Shown here: positions 26,111 to 41,982 of the stretch, in pieces
Numbering within the stretch: the stretch's first letter is position 1
Layout: every line of letters starts with the position of its first letter
NCBI RefSeq assembly: GCF_006345805.1
Contig: NC_043011.1
Span: forward strand, 44,342,464 to 44,406,463
From: Octopus sinensis
Taxonomy: Eukaryota
DNA: 64,000 nt
Direction: 5' to 3'
Made by a program: the position numbers and the translations under genes
Notes under the pieces: model-generated
What the model was told of the DNA's origin: nothing
Database searches by the model: none
The model's input: the letters and a program-made list of their open reading frames with translations, nothing else

Positions 26111-28189
26111 TAGGCAGACCGATGGAGTTATGTAGATAACATGAGCATTAGGGAAAAATATATTATATTCTACATATTATATCGTATATATTTCATAAAG
26201 TGGAGAGAAAATGTTTATAGTGTGGAGAATTTAACCGTATGGGGTAATAGAATATAAAGAAGAGTTGGGTAATAAATTTTGGTTGAGTATATTACATAGG
26301 AATATGATAAGATAACGGGTGCTTAAGGATAACATAGACTACACAATATGGAAGAACGTTGCCTAAAGTGACGGCTTAGATGGTGATAACAGAAGATTAA
26401 AAGAAGTATTGTGTTTGAGTAGAGGGGAGAGTAACAATATGTAATATGGATGAGAGAACGGTAGAATAGATGAGCAATAAAAGGTTTGGGGTCAAAAAGA
26501 AATCCAAGGGATCACTTTTGACTATTAAATGGAGGTGGCGTGGTATAACATGAGGAAATTTATGTGATTTGATAAGAATAAAAACAAAAAGAAGCAACAG
26601 TAGTTGTAGAATATCAGACATATTTGAGGGAAAACTAAAAGATAGCTCCCCATGAAAAGCAAAAAGAAACAAGCACTATAAATTATATAGGTTGGATTAA
26701 AAGAAGAAAAGTGGTTCAACAAAGGTAGGGTGTAGCACTGTGAGATAAATATTGATTTATAACATAGGCGCAAGGTCTCAAATTTGAACGAATAGAATCG
26801 ATAATATGAACCTCAGTATGTGAGTGGTACTTATTTCATTGGTCCTATAATGACGACTGTTAGTTGTCCACGACTGAATTTGAATTCAGATCTTAAAGAA
26901 CCATAGTTAGATATTGCTAAACATTTTGCCGAACATTATAGTATAGAATAATATTGGGCCATAGATATGGCTGTATCTCATTGATTTGGATCAGAGACAA
27001 ACGTTAATCAGTGTTGATCATAGCAGAGCATTTTAGCTCCTCAAGTTGAAATATTTATGTCTTATATAATCCTGTTATTGAAATGTTTGCTTCCTTGCTA
27101 TTTAATTTGAAATTTTTTTCCAGCATGATACTGTAAGATTTTTTTCTTTCAACGTTCCCCATGCGTCATCTAAAACCTGTGAGGTGTCACTGCTGACACT
27201 CTGTCACACATGCTATTATTCAGCCATTATTGAATGAGATGAAACATGTATATAAAAATGAGTTCAGAAAAAAACTGTAACGTTTAGGGGTTTGACTCTT
27301 CCTTGTTTATGAAATTTCTATCAAATATATCCAGTGATGGGAAAAAGATCATTGGGCGAATTATAGAGATTATCAATACATATAAAAAAATGTTACTGGC
27401 TGCGAAATAGGAGTATAGTGGGAATAAAAGATCATTTGCTGAGTTTTCATAGATGAATAGAGTACAAATGGTTGACATTTTGTTTCAGACCCGTGATTGT
27501 AATATACGTCGTGTAAGAAAGGATCAAGCTGAACCTATTTCGTGATCCTTTAATACACATATTTGTAAGAAGATATACGTATAAATACATAGGCACACAG
27601 TTACACATACATATACACCTATATTTTCATATACAAAACAAAAACAGACATATGTTACACGCACACTTGAATACATATACACACATACACACACATACGC
27701 ATATACAGCTACCTACCTACCAACCTACCTACCTACCTACATATATATACATACATAATACATACATACATACATAATACATGCATACGTACATACATAC
27801 ATACATATGTATGTCCACTTGCGCAGTATTAAACAGAAATACTTATATAAAAATATTGTTATATTTGGGGTTAGTCTTATTTTGCCGGTCCATCCTCAAT
27901 TATAGCAACATTTGTTTCAACACACGTTTTCACATCGAGACTCTTGCAAAACAAACGCATATACGTAACTTATGTAGAAAATTACTATTTAATATGCATA
28001 CATACACACACACACACAAACATGTACACACACACACACACATAATAAATACATACACATATACTCACGTTGCATACATACGAGAATTAATGGTCAAGCA
28101 TACGTATATATATATATATATTTACTCATACCTATATAAATATGTACGTACCTAAGTTCAGACGATATTTTTTACAAAAACACAAACGT

Positions 28190-28231
<42 letters not shown>

Positions 28232-28766
28232 TACATACAGACATTCATGCATGTATACATACATACATACATGCATACATACATACATACATACATACAT
28301 ACATACATACATACATACATACATACATACATACATACATACATACGTACATACAAACAAACATACATACATACATATACATACATAAACACATATACTT
28401 ATACATACATATATGCATAAATATATTTATTAACTATTATAGTTGTTTAGGTTAAGGGGTGGGACAAAGAAAGCAAAAGCGAAGTAGAAGGGAAGTACAA
28501 AGAATTTAACATGACCTCTCACACACACCTACACATACGTTCGTGTAGATAAACATACTTTAAGTAAACAGACACATATGTGTGTTTACATACACACACA
28601 ATATATCAAGTACTAATATACATTGCATATATATATATATATATATATATACGTATGCAGGAATATTTGTACATATATATATGTATATATACGTATATAA
28701 GTATATATATGTATGTGTATAAGTATATATATATATGTATATATGATATATATATTATATATATAT

Positions 28767-28800
<34 letters not shown>

Positions 28801-29746
28801 ATATATATATATACACACACAGATATGTATATGTAAATATACATTTATCCACGAGTGAGTATTTATATGTTTAAGCATGCATGTATAGATATATGTTTTT
28901 GTTTGTGTGTATTTGTACTTATGTATGCATAAGTAATGGATGAATGTGAATAGATCTGTTTCTATGTGTCTGTGTGTGTATGTATGTGTGTGTGGAGTTA
29001 AGCAATGCATTAAAGGCAAATAGCAATATATAAGAAGAATAGAAAAAGAAAATAAGTATATTTATATCTATATCGTAAAAAATACGATATTTTTCTAATA
29101 GTCAACTATTTTTGCGAAAGAAGCGAAAAATAGCAAAAATTTGTGAAAGAAATAGCAAAGGTAAGATTTTGACACTTGTACAAAGGGATAACAAAAAAAA
29201 TTTCCCCAACATCAAAAGGTTTTAAAACAACAACAACAACACAACAACAAAAGAAAAAATTGTAAACAACAATGGTAAGAAAAATAGTATTATGAAACCA
29301 CGTAAACGACGATATTAGCTCATACAAAATGGCGTAAGTGAATTTTATTCTTTCTGAACGCAAATCCGAATTGCTTTGAAAACGGAAACTATGTAATCAA
29401 TTAGATCGACTTAAGTATATTACTGGTTTAGATCTTCGTCGAAGTCTAATCTCAGTAAATGAAGGTTAAGACCGAGAAGTATTGCCGTAAGAAAAATAAG
29501 TTAGAACAAATACAGAAACGAAGAAGTAGGACAGGTCCTTTAATCCGGCGTTTTACACCGGTGGTCATGCCAAACTGTGATAGCTTTAAAATATATTGAA
29601 ATGGAGAAAGAATCAAGAGGAAAGAGATAAAAAAAGAAAGAACAACAAAAAATATCGCGAAGAAAACAAATCAGGAAAAAATTGATTCAAACTTTCAAAT
29701 TGTGAAATAGTTTTTGAAAGGGAAAATAATAGTGACCAATATAGCC

Positions 29747-30256
<510 letters not shown>

Positions 30257-30680
30257 GCAAGGCAAATAAGAAAGGCAAAAGAATAGCAACAACCAGGAAA
30301 TGATATTTCTCTGTTGATCGTCAACAAGAACAACAATAAAAGTAACAATCACCACCACCACCACCATCACCAACTTCATGACCAACACCAACAATAACAA
30401 CGATAACAACAAAAACAACAGCAACTACAACAGTAGCAACAACATCAATTGATAACTATATTAATAGATGGGAAGAAATTAGACTTTCTTAACATGCAAG
30501 CTAAAGGGGAAATTAAAAAAAAAGTTAAAAGATATATACATAACAAACATAATTTTAAGTTGAGGAAGAACAAATGTAACATTTTCACTATTATCATTAT
30601 CATTATTACAATTATAATTACCCCCATCATCATCATCGTTATTATTATTACTATTATTATTATTATTATTATTATCATCA

Positions 30681-30750
<70 letters not shown>

Positions 30751-30888
30751 CATTATTCGACTTGACTCAGATTTGGTCTTATTCCTTGTAAAATTTATGT
30801 GAGTAGCGTGTCACTACCTGTTCCCTTAGATATACACAAGCTTTCAATAATCTTTCGATACCCTTACCTGTTCCCAAGAAATTAATAA

Positions 30889-30954
<66 letters not shown>

Positions 30955-31216
30955 ATTCTACCTTAAATTTATGCGAAAAGCATAGACGTTAAGGGAGATA
31001 AAGTTTTTCATCTAAAGATGCAAAGAGGTGAGGTGAGGTACCCTATACCTGAAAAAGAAAAGAAAGCTTGATGCCTACGTTAAAAAAAATCTCTTAATAA
31101 AACTGAGTAAATAAAATTTTGTTTTAATGAAGCGGAATTGAAAAAATTAACGTAAAATAGCTGAGCTAACCATAAATATGATCTTTTGTAACTTATATAT
31201 TTTGGGACTACCAGAA

Positions 31217-31289
<73 letters not shown>

Positions 31290-31693
31290 AATAATAATAA
31301 TAATAATAATAATTATTATTATTATTATTACTAGATTTTTATTGTATTCCTTTGGTCTACATTATGTTATAAATGTAAATATTGGCATACTACTTTATGT
31401 TTGATATATTTTTCATCCGAAAGCGCGTTATTTTCGTGTTTATGGATATACATATACACTCACAGACACACGCATATAAAAGCCACCCCACACACATGCA
31501 TAGACGGAGAGGCACACCTACATACATACATACACAGACATACTTTATAATGCAGGCGGTTAATATCTTAAAAATTTAGATTATATATAAACCATATTAT
31601 AAAAATTTTAACCGTTTAGATTATAAGCTTAATACATGCATCCCCTTACATTTCCCCGTGTAGTTTCTATTTTCTATTTGTAACATATTTCTA

Positions 31694-31778
<85 letters not shown>

Positions 31779-32937
31779 ATATTATTTTTCGTTTCAGTAC
31801 TGAATAGCCTCATTTTACTTTCATGCATAAAAGTGTATTCATAACAATTTTGACTTATAGATTATTATATAATATGCATTCTTTGGATACTTATAGAATA
31901 CAATAGAATATAATACAATATGATTTAATGTAATAGATATATAAATATGATTTGTTCCACTAAATCTAACAGTGGCAGCTACTTTCACTTTCCCTACGTG
32001 AAATCTCACGTCATGTGGTTCGTTGTAGTATTTCTCGATTCAAAAGTAAAATTGTAATCATTGAATTTTAGCTTTGATAATGTTATTCACACACAGATAC
32101 TCACACACGAAGTCACCAAGACTGCTGAATAAGATATTATCAAACTGTTTTCTTAATATAATTAACGACAGTATCTTGGTGCTTTTAAATTATTCTGATT
32201 TTAGTTTTCAGTGAAAGATGTTTTCATTATCTCCTTTATTGGAAATAATATATGAATGGCATGAAGTGTCGTAGTTTATCTGAGAATACATACCAGCTTA
32301 TTGATAAAGCCTATAACAGTTTTCTTTCTGGAATTCATCACGTAAGATCGTTGTTTATTATATTCTCCTTGTTGTAAATGCATCATAACATGCCTGGATA
32401 AGGAAGTTGTAGTCTGGCCAATTTATCTTCACCAGACTAATATCAGTCGCAGGTGAAAGGAGATGGCTACAATTGGGAAATAAAAACTTTTTCGGTGGTT
32501 ACTAGCTTACATATAGAAGCGTATCCTTGCATTTGGTATATTCACACACAAGCATACGTAGACACATTTAAATTTACAGATTTGCGTACGTATTGACTTA
32601 CATACTACACAAAAGCACAAGTAGCACACATATTTTATGATATGCAATTTGGGATCTAGAACAATTGAAAGCTTCTGCTGATAAGAAGGTAAAAGAGAGG
32701 GAAATAAGAAGATGAGAGAGAGAGAGAGAGAAAAAAAAAGAGACAGAGACAGAGATAGAGGAAGTAAATTAAAGCGATAAGTAGCAGGTGCACCTGGAGG
32801 AGGAAGAGAAGATGGAGAAGAAGAACTGGTTAAATATATTCCTTCATACATAAAAAGATATGTACATAGAACAATATACATGTATTTAACTGTAGATATA
32901 TAACGTGTGTACATGTGTCGATCTTCCGCTATCCCAG

Positions 32938-33014
<77 letters not shown>

Positions 33015-33127
33015 TATATGTATATATGTATTATATATATATATATAAGGGTGAACAATCTTTTCTTAGTCCATATGGGGTCTACCTCTAGCATAATGGA
33101 TGCCCACTTAGTGGTCATCCCGCTTAT

Positions 33128-33177
<50 letters not shown>

Positions 33178-33449
33178 GTATGAGTATTATTCAGCTGTTT
33201 GTTGAACGACCTCCACAAGTGATTCGTTTATTGTGATCAAATGTATGTACTGTACATTAGCTCACTCCATCAAATCGGTGCACGGTGTACCATGCCCTAG
33301 GTGTCGGAGTGATCGCAGAGTAACGTGAGAATATATATACATACATACCTGCACATACCTGCACATGTATGCAAACGCATATATTGGCATGCTCACGTGT
33401 GTATTAATTATGTAACCAGAAAGAATTGAAGAACTGAGTTAAGATATTG

Positions 33450-33551
33450 AAAGACAGACAGACAGATAGATACAGAGGTTGACATATAGAGAGAGACAGG
33501 CACATAGTTAAATAAATATGTGGTTAGATAGATAAATAATAACGTAGATAA

Positions 33552-33584
<33 letters not shown>

Positions 33585-34642
33585 CTGCTTGATAGATAAA
33601 TAAACGCATGGACGGATAGGTAGATGGATGGATCGATAGATATGGATGAATAGATGGATGGATGGATACATAGTTAGATAGTTAGGTAGGTAGATATATA
33701 GATAGATAGATGAATGGATGTATAGATAAATGGATGGATACATAGGTGGATAGATTGGTAGGTTGATAGATAGTCAGGTAGATAGATGGATATATAGATG
33801 GATCGATACACGGATGACTGCATAGATAGATCAATGGATAGGTAGATGAATGGCTGGCTGGATAGATTGATAGATACGTTTCTTTATTAGTCACGCATGG
33901 TTGAACACAGAGGGGACAAATTACAAAGTAGAGCTTTTCTTTTGGGGGGAGAAAAAAAGTGGAGGATTAGGTTTCCGATCAAAAGGGATCGTAAAAAAAA
34001 CGATCAATAGGGATCGTGTATCACAGAAATGTCATGATGTAAAGTGTAAAGGGGGAAACAGATAAGGTTTATCCGTGGAAAGAAAAGCCTACGGAAAAGA
34101 CCACGGTAACCTCGGTCAATAATGTCACATGTTAGTAAGTAACTCTGTTTTAAATTTTCCGGGTTCATAGGATTATGCTCAAGGTGGATTCGTCATTCAT
34201 ACGTGCCATCCTTGCTACATTCACCCATATTTTTTTGAAGATTGATAGATAGAAAGATAAATAGATAAGTAGATAGATAGATAGATAGATAAATGTGTGG
34301 GTAGATAGATGAATAGTAACATGGATAAATTGGTAGATAGACAGATAGACTGCTTGATAGATAAATAAACACATGCACGGTTAGGTAGATGGATAGATAG
34401 ATACCAATGAATAGATGGCTGGATACATAGATAGGTAGATGGGAAGGTAGGTAGATAAATAGACAGATGAATGGATGGATAGATACATGGATGGGATACA
34501 TGGGTAAATAGGTAGATAGATAGATAGATAGATATATAGATGGATGGATACACAGAAGAATGGATAGATAAATGAATGGCTGGTTGAATGGATAGATGGA
34601 TAGGTAGAAAGATAAATAGATAGATAGATAGATAGATAGATA
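33450..34642. repeat. degenerate (GATA)n/(GGAT)n tract
   Basis: Directly visible; interrupted by a LINE fragment. Confidence 0.9.
33877..34238 (-). mobile_element. 5'-truncated LINE 3' end (L1/Tx1-like by inference) with 3' UTR
   Basis: ORF end FKKIWVNVARMARMNDESTLSIIL*, then a UTR ending ...TTTGTCCCCTCTGTGTTCAACCATGCGTGACTAATAAAGAAA. Candidate 13-bp TSD AGATTGATAGATA at 33864-33876 and 34239-34251. Confidence 0.6.
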
Positions 34643-35572
34643 AATATGCGCACATATAGCCATGAAAATATGCTAAAGCAAAATAGCAGCACAAGATGGC
34701 CAGATCTGAAGATAAAAGATAACCAGAAGAGCAGAAGCAACAATGGAAAATGGAAATAATCTAGACGACAGCAGAAACTACATTTGTGGTTTACCAGATA
34801 AATATGTCAGAAACACAACAAACATAACAAATAACTTTTGAAGTTGACAGAAAAAGATCAACACTCAAAGAATTTTGACGCCAATTATAACGCCAGACAT
34901 TAAAAGGATATCAATTTTTTTGTATGCTCTTTACACTATCTTATAATGTTTATCGTGTCGCTTATGTTAATATCAATACAATGCCCCTCACGTTAATAAC
35001 CTAGCTACATCAGACATAAAAGTATAGAAGATGTGAATGTTTTGGTGGCGAAATATTTTTCTGACAAGTTTAAAGAAATATTGAATTAGGAAAGAATCTA
35101 TTGCTTATTTAGTCTGTAGAAATATGATTATCTAAAAGTGACATAAATATATATATCATCGATGGGAAGGCGTATGCCATTATTTTATACAATACCTAAC
35201 TCTTTAACCTTTTATCTCTTTCCCTATCAAAATCATTTTCATAAGTTTGTCCTTAACGTCCATATTTGCTTTCATATTTTCATTTAGCTCCTGTTTCATA
35301 CGTTCTGAATAACATATAACTTTCCTTTCCTAAGTCCTAAGTTACTCTGGTGGTTGAAAAAAAAACTTGTAAGAAATTGGCTGCTAGGAAGGTATGTCTA
35401 TCGTATCCCATTTAGTACACAGGACATGCAAAGGATTAAGAGAATAATGAATTTGGGAAACTGTCGCATAATATAATCGTCAAAGTGTTATACAACTCTT
35501 TGTTGTCCGGATGCTTTGTAAAATAACGGAAATATTTAACAAAGAAATGAAAAAAATAAAATAATGATAATA

Positions 35573-35630
<58 letters not shown>

Positions 35631-38576
35631 CGACGACGACGACGACGACGATGACAAAGATATAGACTATGTTTAAATAAATAATAGTCACTAAGATCCT
35701 TTTACGTTCTATGTTACTATGCCGCCAACAATAGAGGAATCGACCATACATGTTATCCTTTGAATACCAGTAATGTACTAGGGATTGATACATTTCCCCT
35801 TTCCCTATTGGTATATGTCCTTCTGCAAATGTAATCAGGAGTTATATTGATCGCTGGTAGAAGAAAGAGTAAGATAATGGACAGCCATGTTACGGGCCTC
35901 GAGTTCATATCCTAATGCAAGCATTCTTTGTAATTAAGGCACAATTTTGAGATTTTCTGCACGAAACATCCATCCACCTCGATGGAATGTTTGTTTTTCA
36001 TTCTCTCCACACTGCAAACACTGTAATCAAAGACAATCGATTGAATGAAACCCTAGGCTATTTATCATACAACTGCTGACAACCGAAGTTACGCCGGTGA
36101 TAAGAAGCCTAGATAACAGCTGAGTATAAATTTATACTTGAAACCGAATCTTTGTATTTATGTCGCAAGTTCTTTAGAATATAAGATAACGATTCACCTT
36201 TTTGAGTCCCACTGAAATGTAAAACTTGTGAGGTGAGTTAAAACAAGAAGGAAAAGTAATATTTCATTCGAATGCTCTACAGTTGGCCGGAAACAAAAAT
36301 ATGTAATCCTCTAAGAGATGAATTTGTGAGTATGTAGTTAAGAAGTTAACTTCACAGTTACATATGCTTCGAGTTCAATTCTCTCTGCGATAGCGTAGGC
36401 AAGTTTCTACCGTCAGCGCATTTAGAAAAAAAATTCAGTAGTTAAAAACCAGTAGGAATGAATGCTCATGTACTTAGATGGTATATTTTATCCATTTCTC
36501 AAGTCCTTGGCTGCCTCTAGTGGAGTTCACTCTGTCGTATGCACCCGGACCAGAAACCTAGACTGATGAGAACTTTCTTCGTTCCTCCCAGTCTTGAAGA
36601 TCCTTAAAAGGAAGCGGCCTTTCTTCCTCCATTAATACCAATGTTGGGCTAGGTGTTTTTGTTCCATAGTTAGAAAATTAATTATTCTTAGATGCCATGT
36701 GTTTTTGGATGAGTGTAAACGATAAAACAAAGTAACTCAACATATTGAATCTTTAGATTATGTTGTTCAATATTCTAACTACCAAATCACCAACTAAAAC
36801 TATTCTCCAAATGCAACCAAAAATATATATTCTTAGCGTTCTTTAAAAGCGACTTAGGCGGTAATAGTTCAAATTTAGCAGCCGATTTTCGCTCAGAATG
36901 CGGTGCCTGTTGATACTTGTTACTGGTGAAGCTAAAAAAGCAGAAGTCCGGATTTAGTAATGCTCTGCCGCTGCTGGGCGATTTTTAGTTTGTAGCTGAT
37001 ACATTTCTATATGTTTTTAACACTATGCGACTATAAGAGATGCTTTCTCGAGATGAATACCACAGTTTAGAAGGCTTTTAGTGTATATGATTTAAGTATA
37101 ATACACAGATCACTAACACTAGTTTGCCGTTGTTGTTGTTGCTGTTGTCGCCGATACTACTGATGGTTTTGTTATTGAGATTTCTGAAAATTTTCCTAAG
37201 ATGGTCAAAATTAATTTTGAATATATTCATAACTTTTCCTTAAATTAGATTTTTCCCAATATCTTTTTTTCTAAAATACAAAAATATATCGATTCTTGAT
37301 TTTGTGACACACTGTTACAGTATTATATGGAACTGGTATGTCCAGTTGAATCTACTCTCCCTCCAACACAGAAGTGATTCTAATTTTACTAAGAAAAACC
37401 AAATTTGAACTCGGCGGGATTTGAACTCGGAACCTAAAAGGACACATCTTGACACAGCAATATATTATTCAATCAAAAAAGTATAACGAAACATACCTCT
37501 TTATAAGGAAATATATTAAGACTATACTGCCATATATAGTTATATAATATAAAAATATGTTACTATATAACGATCTATGATATTAGCATTCTATTGTCAA
37601 ATGAAAAATATTTGATTTTAAAGTATTTTTGCCATTATATTAAACTAAACTGTCACATAGAGATATTTAGTAAAGTATATTGCCATTTAATATCAAACTA
37701 CATTACCATAGAGAATAATTATCAAAATATATTATAATTAATTACATCAAATTATATCATATAAGATTATCCATTTGAATATTTTAAAGAGAAATACGGT
37801 CACTATTTATAAATCTTCACATCGGTATAAGGAACATATTTGGGGGAAGGAAACATTCACATCGACACTATAATAATCTGATACTTATTTTACCGCCCCC
37901 TGAAGTAATAACAGAAGAAAAAAAATGTCTCGACGAGATTTGAAGTTAGAAAATTTACAAGACAATTAAACGCAGTAACGGCGTTTCAACGCTTTGCTTT
38001 GTAATCTACAGAGTTTCGTATCAAGTGCTGTCCTTTCTTATGATAATGATTTCAAACAGAATAAAACCTATATATATCTGAAGAGCGACCCATTTGATGA
38101 GATTGAACCAAAGTATATACAGTACATAGTTTTATTATAACATAAAAAAAGGTTAATTAAGTACATTAAAGTATTTTGTAAGGCAGTCTATTGAATCTTA
38201 CATTTAGCGCTCTAGGAAAGCAAGCTAATGATAATTACTGTTAGTTCTAAACTAATTAATGGTAATTATTAATTCTAATTTAAATTATAATTATTATAAT
38301 TGTTATGAGCGAATTAATTTGTAAGATGTTCAAAATAAAATAATATTGAATATTGAACGTTAGAAAAAATTAAAGAAAACAGATTTATTAATGAAAACAG
38401 GTTTGTATTTCATGTTATAAATTAATTCTTGTCATGGTTATATATTCTGGGTGTGCTGGATAACTGCCATCTACCAAATATGATAAATTTTCTTTACAAT
38501 AATTCTGTTCTTGCAGTAGCACGCTATAACCTGATTGTAATTTGTTTAAACATCTAATTATACACATTTACTTATA

Positions 38577-38817
38577 GCACGTGGCTCAATGGTTAGAGCG
38601 TTGGGCTCACAATCACGAAGTAGTGAGTTCAATACCCGGGCCAAGCTGTACTGGCCTTTGCCGTTCCCTTGGATAACATCAGTGGTGTGGGGAGGGAGGC
38701 GGGTATGCACAGGCGACTGCTGGACTTCCGTAAACATCTTTGTCCGGAATTGTGCCTCAGAGAGTAACATTCTAGGTGCAATTCCATGGTCATTCATATT
38801 TGAAGGAGGTCTTTACT
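38577..38817 (+). mobile_element. tRNA-derived SINE family C
   Basis: A box TGGCTCAATGGTTAG and B box GAGTTCAATACCC; homologous to the reverse copy at 40476-40797. Confidence 0.8.
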
Positions 38818-39049
38818 TATGAAGATTAAGTTAGAGTGAAGTCATATATAAACCGATAAATTAAAGTTTATACTTATACATGTTTATAAATGTCAGTATA
38901 TCATTATGCAGAAAGACCCGCATGCGCATATATATGCATCATATGCTCATAAATGTAAGTATTTTGTCAAGTCCTAAGACTCACAGGTCTGGTTGCTTGG
39001 TTCGATATTACATGACCACTGTACGAGGCGTCAGTCTGTCGTAGGTTAA

Positions 39050-39190
39050 CTAATTTACAACCGAGTGAACTGGAGCAGCATAAAGAGAAGTGTTTCGCTT
39101 AAGAACATAATGTAAGGCCTGATATGAGAATCGAAACCGCGATCTTGTGATCGTGAATGAAACACCCTAACCACTAGGTCACATGCGCTT
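39050..39190 (-). mobile_element. SINE family C, diverged 5' part
   Basis: GAGTGAACTGGAGCAGCATAAAGAGAAGTGTTTCGCTTAAGAACA...AATCGAAACC...CTAACCACTAG, similar to 40680-40795. Confidence 0.6.
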
Positions 39191-39672
39191 AGAACAAATA
39201 AACTAAAATTTGTATGTTTATAGGAATAACAAACCTTTAAATTTCAGTACAATGGCATAACGTAACAATAACCAATTCTTACAATGTCTAATGTAAATTT
39301 ATAATTTTCATTCACGGAAACCTCCGAATTGCTACGATGATTTTTTTTTTCCCGAAATTTTCTTATATCTATAACACTTATTCTTGTTAAAATCGTGATT
39401 GCGATGAGAGTGGTGGTGATGAGGTTATTTTAGAATAACGTTTTCAAAGATATTTGAATGAGTATTAGGGATATTTTCCTTGTTTTATATTTGTGTAATT
39501 TTAACGACAAATTCACAAAATATGGAAATAACAGCTTGGAACAAACAATCAGTAGCTATCATGTATGTATAAATAGTAAAATCGGTGGAAAATAATGGAT
39601 AAAGGAACTAAAATACGTGTCAAAATAAAAGAGGTGAAATAATAATAATAATAACAATAATAATAATAGTAA

Positions 39673-40378
39673 ACCTTTCTACTACAGGTACGAGGCCTGA
39701 AATTTGGCGGGGAGGGGTATAGTCGATCACATCGACCCCAGTGCTTGACTGGTACTCAATTTATCGACCCCAAAGAATGAAAGGTAAAGTCGACCTCTGC
39801 AGAATTTGAACTCAGAACGTAAAGACGGACAAAATGCCGTTAAGCATTTTGCCCGACGTGCTAACGATTCTGCCAACTCACCGCCTTATAAACATAATAG
39901 TGGTTTCAAATTTTTCCATAATGGCAGCCATTTTTGGGGGAGGGAATGAGTCGATTACATCAGCCCCAGTGTTCAGTTAGTACTTAATTTATCGACCCCG
40001 AAAGGATGAAAGGCAAAGTCGAACTCGGCGGAATTTTAACTCAGAACGTAGCAGCAGACAAAATACCGCTAAGCATTTCATCAACGTGCTCACAAATCTG
40101 CCAGCTCACAGCCTTTTTAATAATAATAATAATAATAATTATTATTATTATTATAATTATCATAGTAGTCTCAAATTTTGGCACAGAGCCTACTGTTGAC
40201 GAAAGGAGATGGAAGTTCATTACATCGACCCAGTACTTGACTGATACTTAAATTATCGACCCCGAAAGGATGAAAAGTAAAAAGTCGACCTCAGCAGAAT
40301 CTAAGCTAGGGATGTAAAGTTGGACGAAATACCGTCAAGTATTTTGTCGGATGCGCTAACGGCTCTGCAAGATTACCG
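39673..40378 (-). mobile_element. three head-to-tail SINE family A copies
   Basis: Family A core at about 39765, 39995 and 40258, separated by (AAT)n. Confidence 0.85.
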
Positions 40379-40439
40379 TCTTCATGATGATGATGATGAT
40401 GATGACAATAATAATAATAATATAATAATAATAATAATG

Positions 40440-40472
<33 letters not shown>

Positions 40473-40475
40473 GGA

Positions 40476-40797
40476 GGAGACCCCATTCGGTCATGAATGA
40501 CCATGGAATTGCACCTAGAAAGTAACCCTCCCAGGCACAAGTCCGGGAAAGGTTATTTATGGAAGACCAGCAGTCGCCCATGAATACCAGCCTCCCCTAT
40601 CCATACCACTGATGTTATCCAAGGGAAAGGCAAAGGCCGACACAGCTTGGCACCAGTGATGTCGCAACTCATTCTACAGCTAAGTGAACTGGAGCAACGT
40701 GAAATAAAGTGTCTTGCTCAAGGACACAACACGAAATCGAACTCACAACCTCTCGATCGTAAGCTCGACGCTCTAACCACTGAGCCATGCGCCTTCA
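40476..40797 (-). mobile_element. tRNA-derived SINE family C
   Basis: Reverse complement head GAAGGCGCATGGCTCAGTGGTTAGAGCG...GAGTTCGATT; body matches 38577-38817. Confidence 0.8.
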
Positions 40798-41054
40798 CAG
40801 TAGTGATAACAATAATAATAATAACAATAATGATAATAAAAATATATTGACAAATCTATTTTTTGAACCAGTTTAAGGCACACAAGATATCGAAATATCG
40901 TTCACTAGATCACAATGGCACTCTCCTTTAAAATTTGATTTAATAATAACAATAATGATAATAATAATAACAACATGATAATATAAGTAAGGATTAATGA
41001 ATATAGTTATAAGGTGAAATCCTACTACTAAGTGATTTACATCTACATACACCA

Positions 41055-41120
<66 letters not shown>

Positions 41121-41173
41121 ATATATATATGTGTGTATATATATATATATATGTACATATATATATATATTAT

Positions 41174-41280
<107 letters not shown>

Positions 41281-41390
41281 GGTAACTGTGCCGAGCCAAT
41301 TGATACGTTCAGCCAACAGACAGAGAAGACTAGATATCATGAAGCGAAACTACACACCAGCATCCACAGAATATATGTACGAATGAGTAC

Positions 41391-41446
<56 letters not shown>

Positions 41447-41545
41447 CATATATACATACACACACATACACATAATATGAGAAAAGGTGTAAATATAAAG
41501 GACAAATAGAAAGAAACAAGTAAGACATAGAGAAAGAAGAGTGTA

Positions 41546-41579
<34 letters not shown>

Positions 41580-41916
41580 TAATAATAATAATAACAATAA
41601 TAATAATGATGTTAAAAATATAATGATGATAATGATAATAGCCATAATATGGATTGCCTTAAATCCAATCCCGCCCAGCCACTGACCCACCAAACATATC
41701 CGTAAATAAACGAAAAACAAAAAAAAAAAAAATAATCCCAAACAAAAAACAACAACAACAACAACAAAATAAACAACAACACAAAGAATACGAGGAGATG
41801 ATTAAGAAATTCTACAGTTTCTAAGAATTAGAGAGAGAGAGAGAGAGGAGAAAAAAACAGTCATGCCTAAAGAAACAGGAAGCACTGGCAGAAAAGCCAT
41901 TTTGAAAGCAGATGTA

Positions 41917-41982
<66 letters not shown>

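Noticed and set aside
30863-30885. ACAG|GTAAGG as donor of the loop C exon
   Set aside because: The preceding minus-strand sequence is (AAT)n microsatellite, not coding.
38577-38650. tRNA-like sequence as a real tRNA gene
   Set aside because: It continues into a SINE body and lacks a closed acceptor stem.
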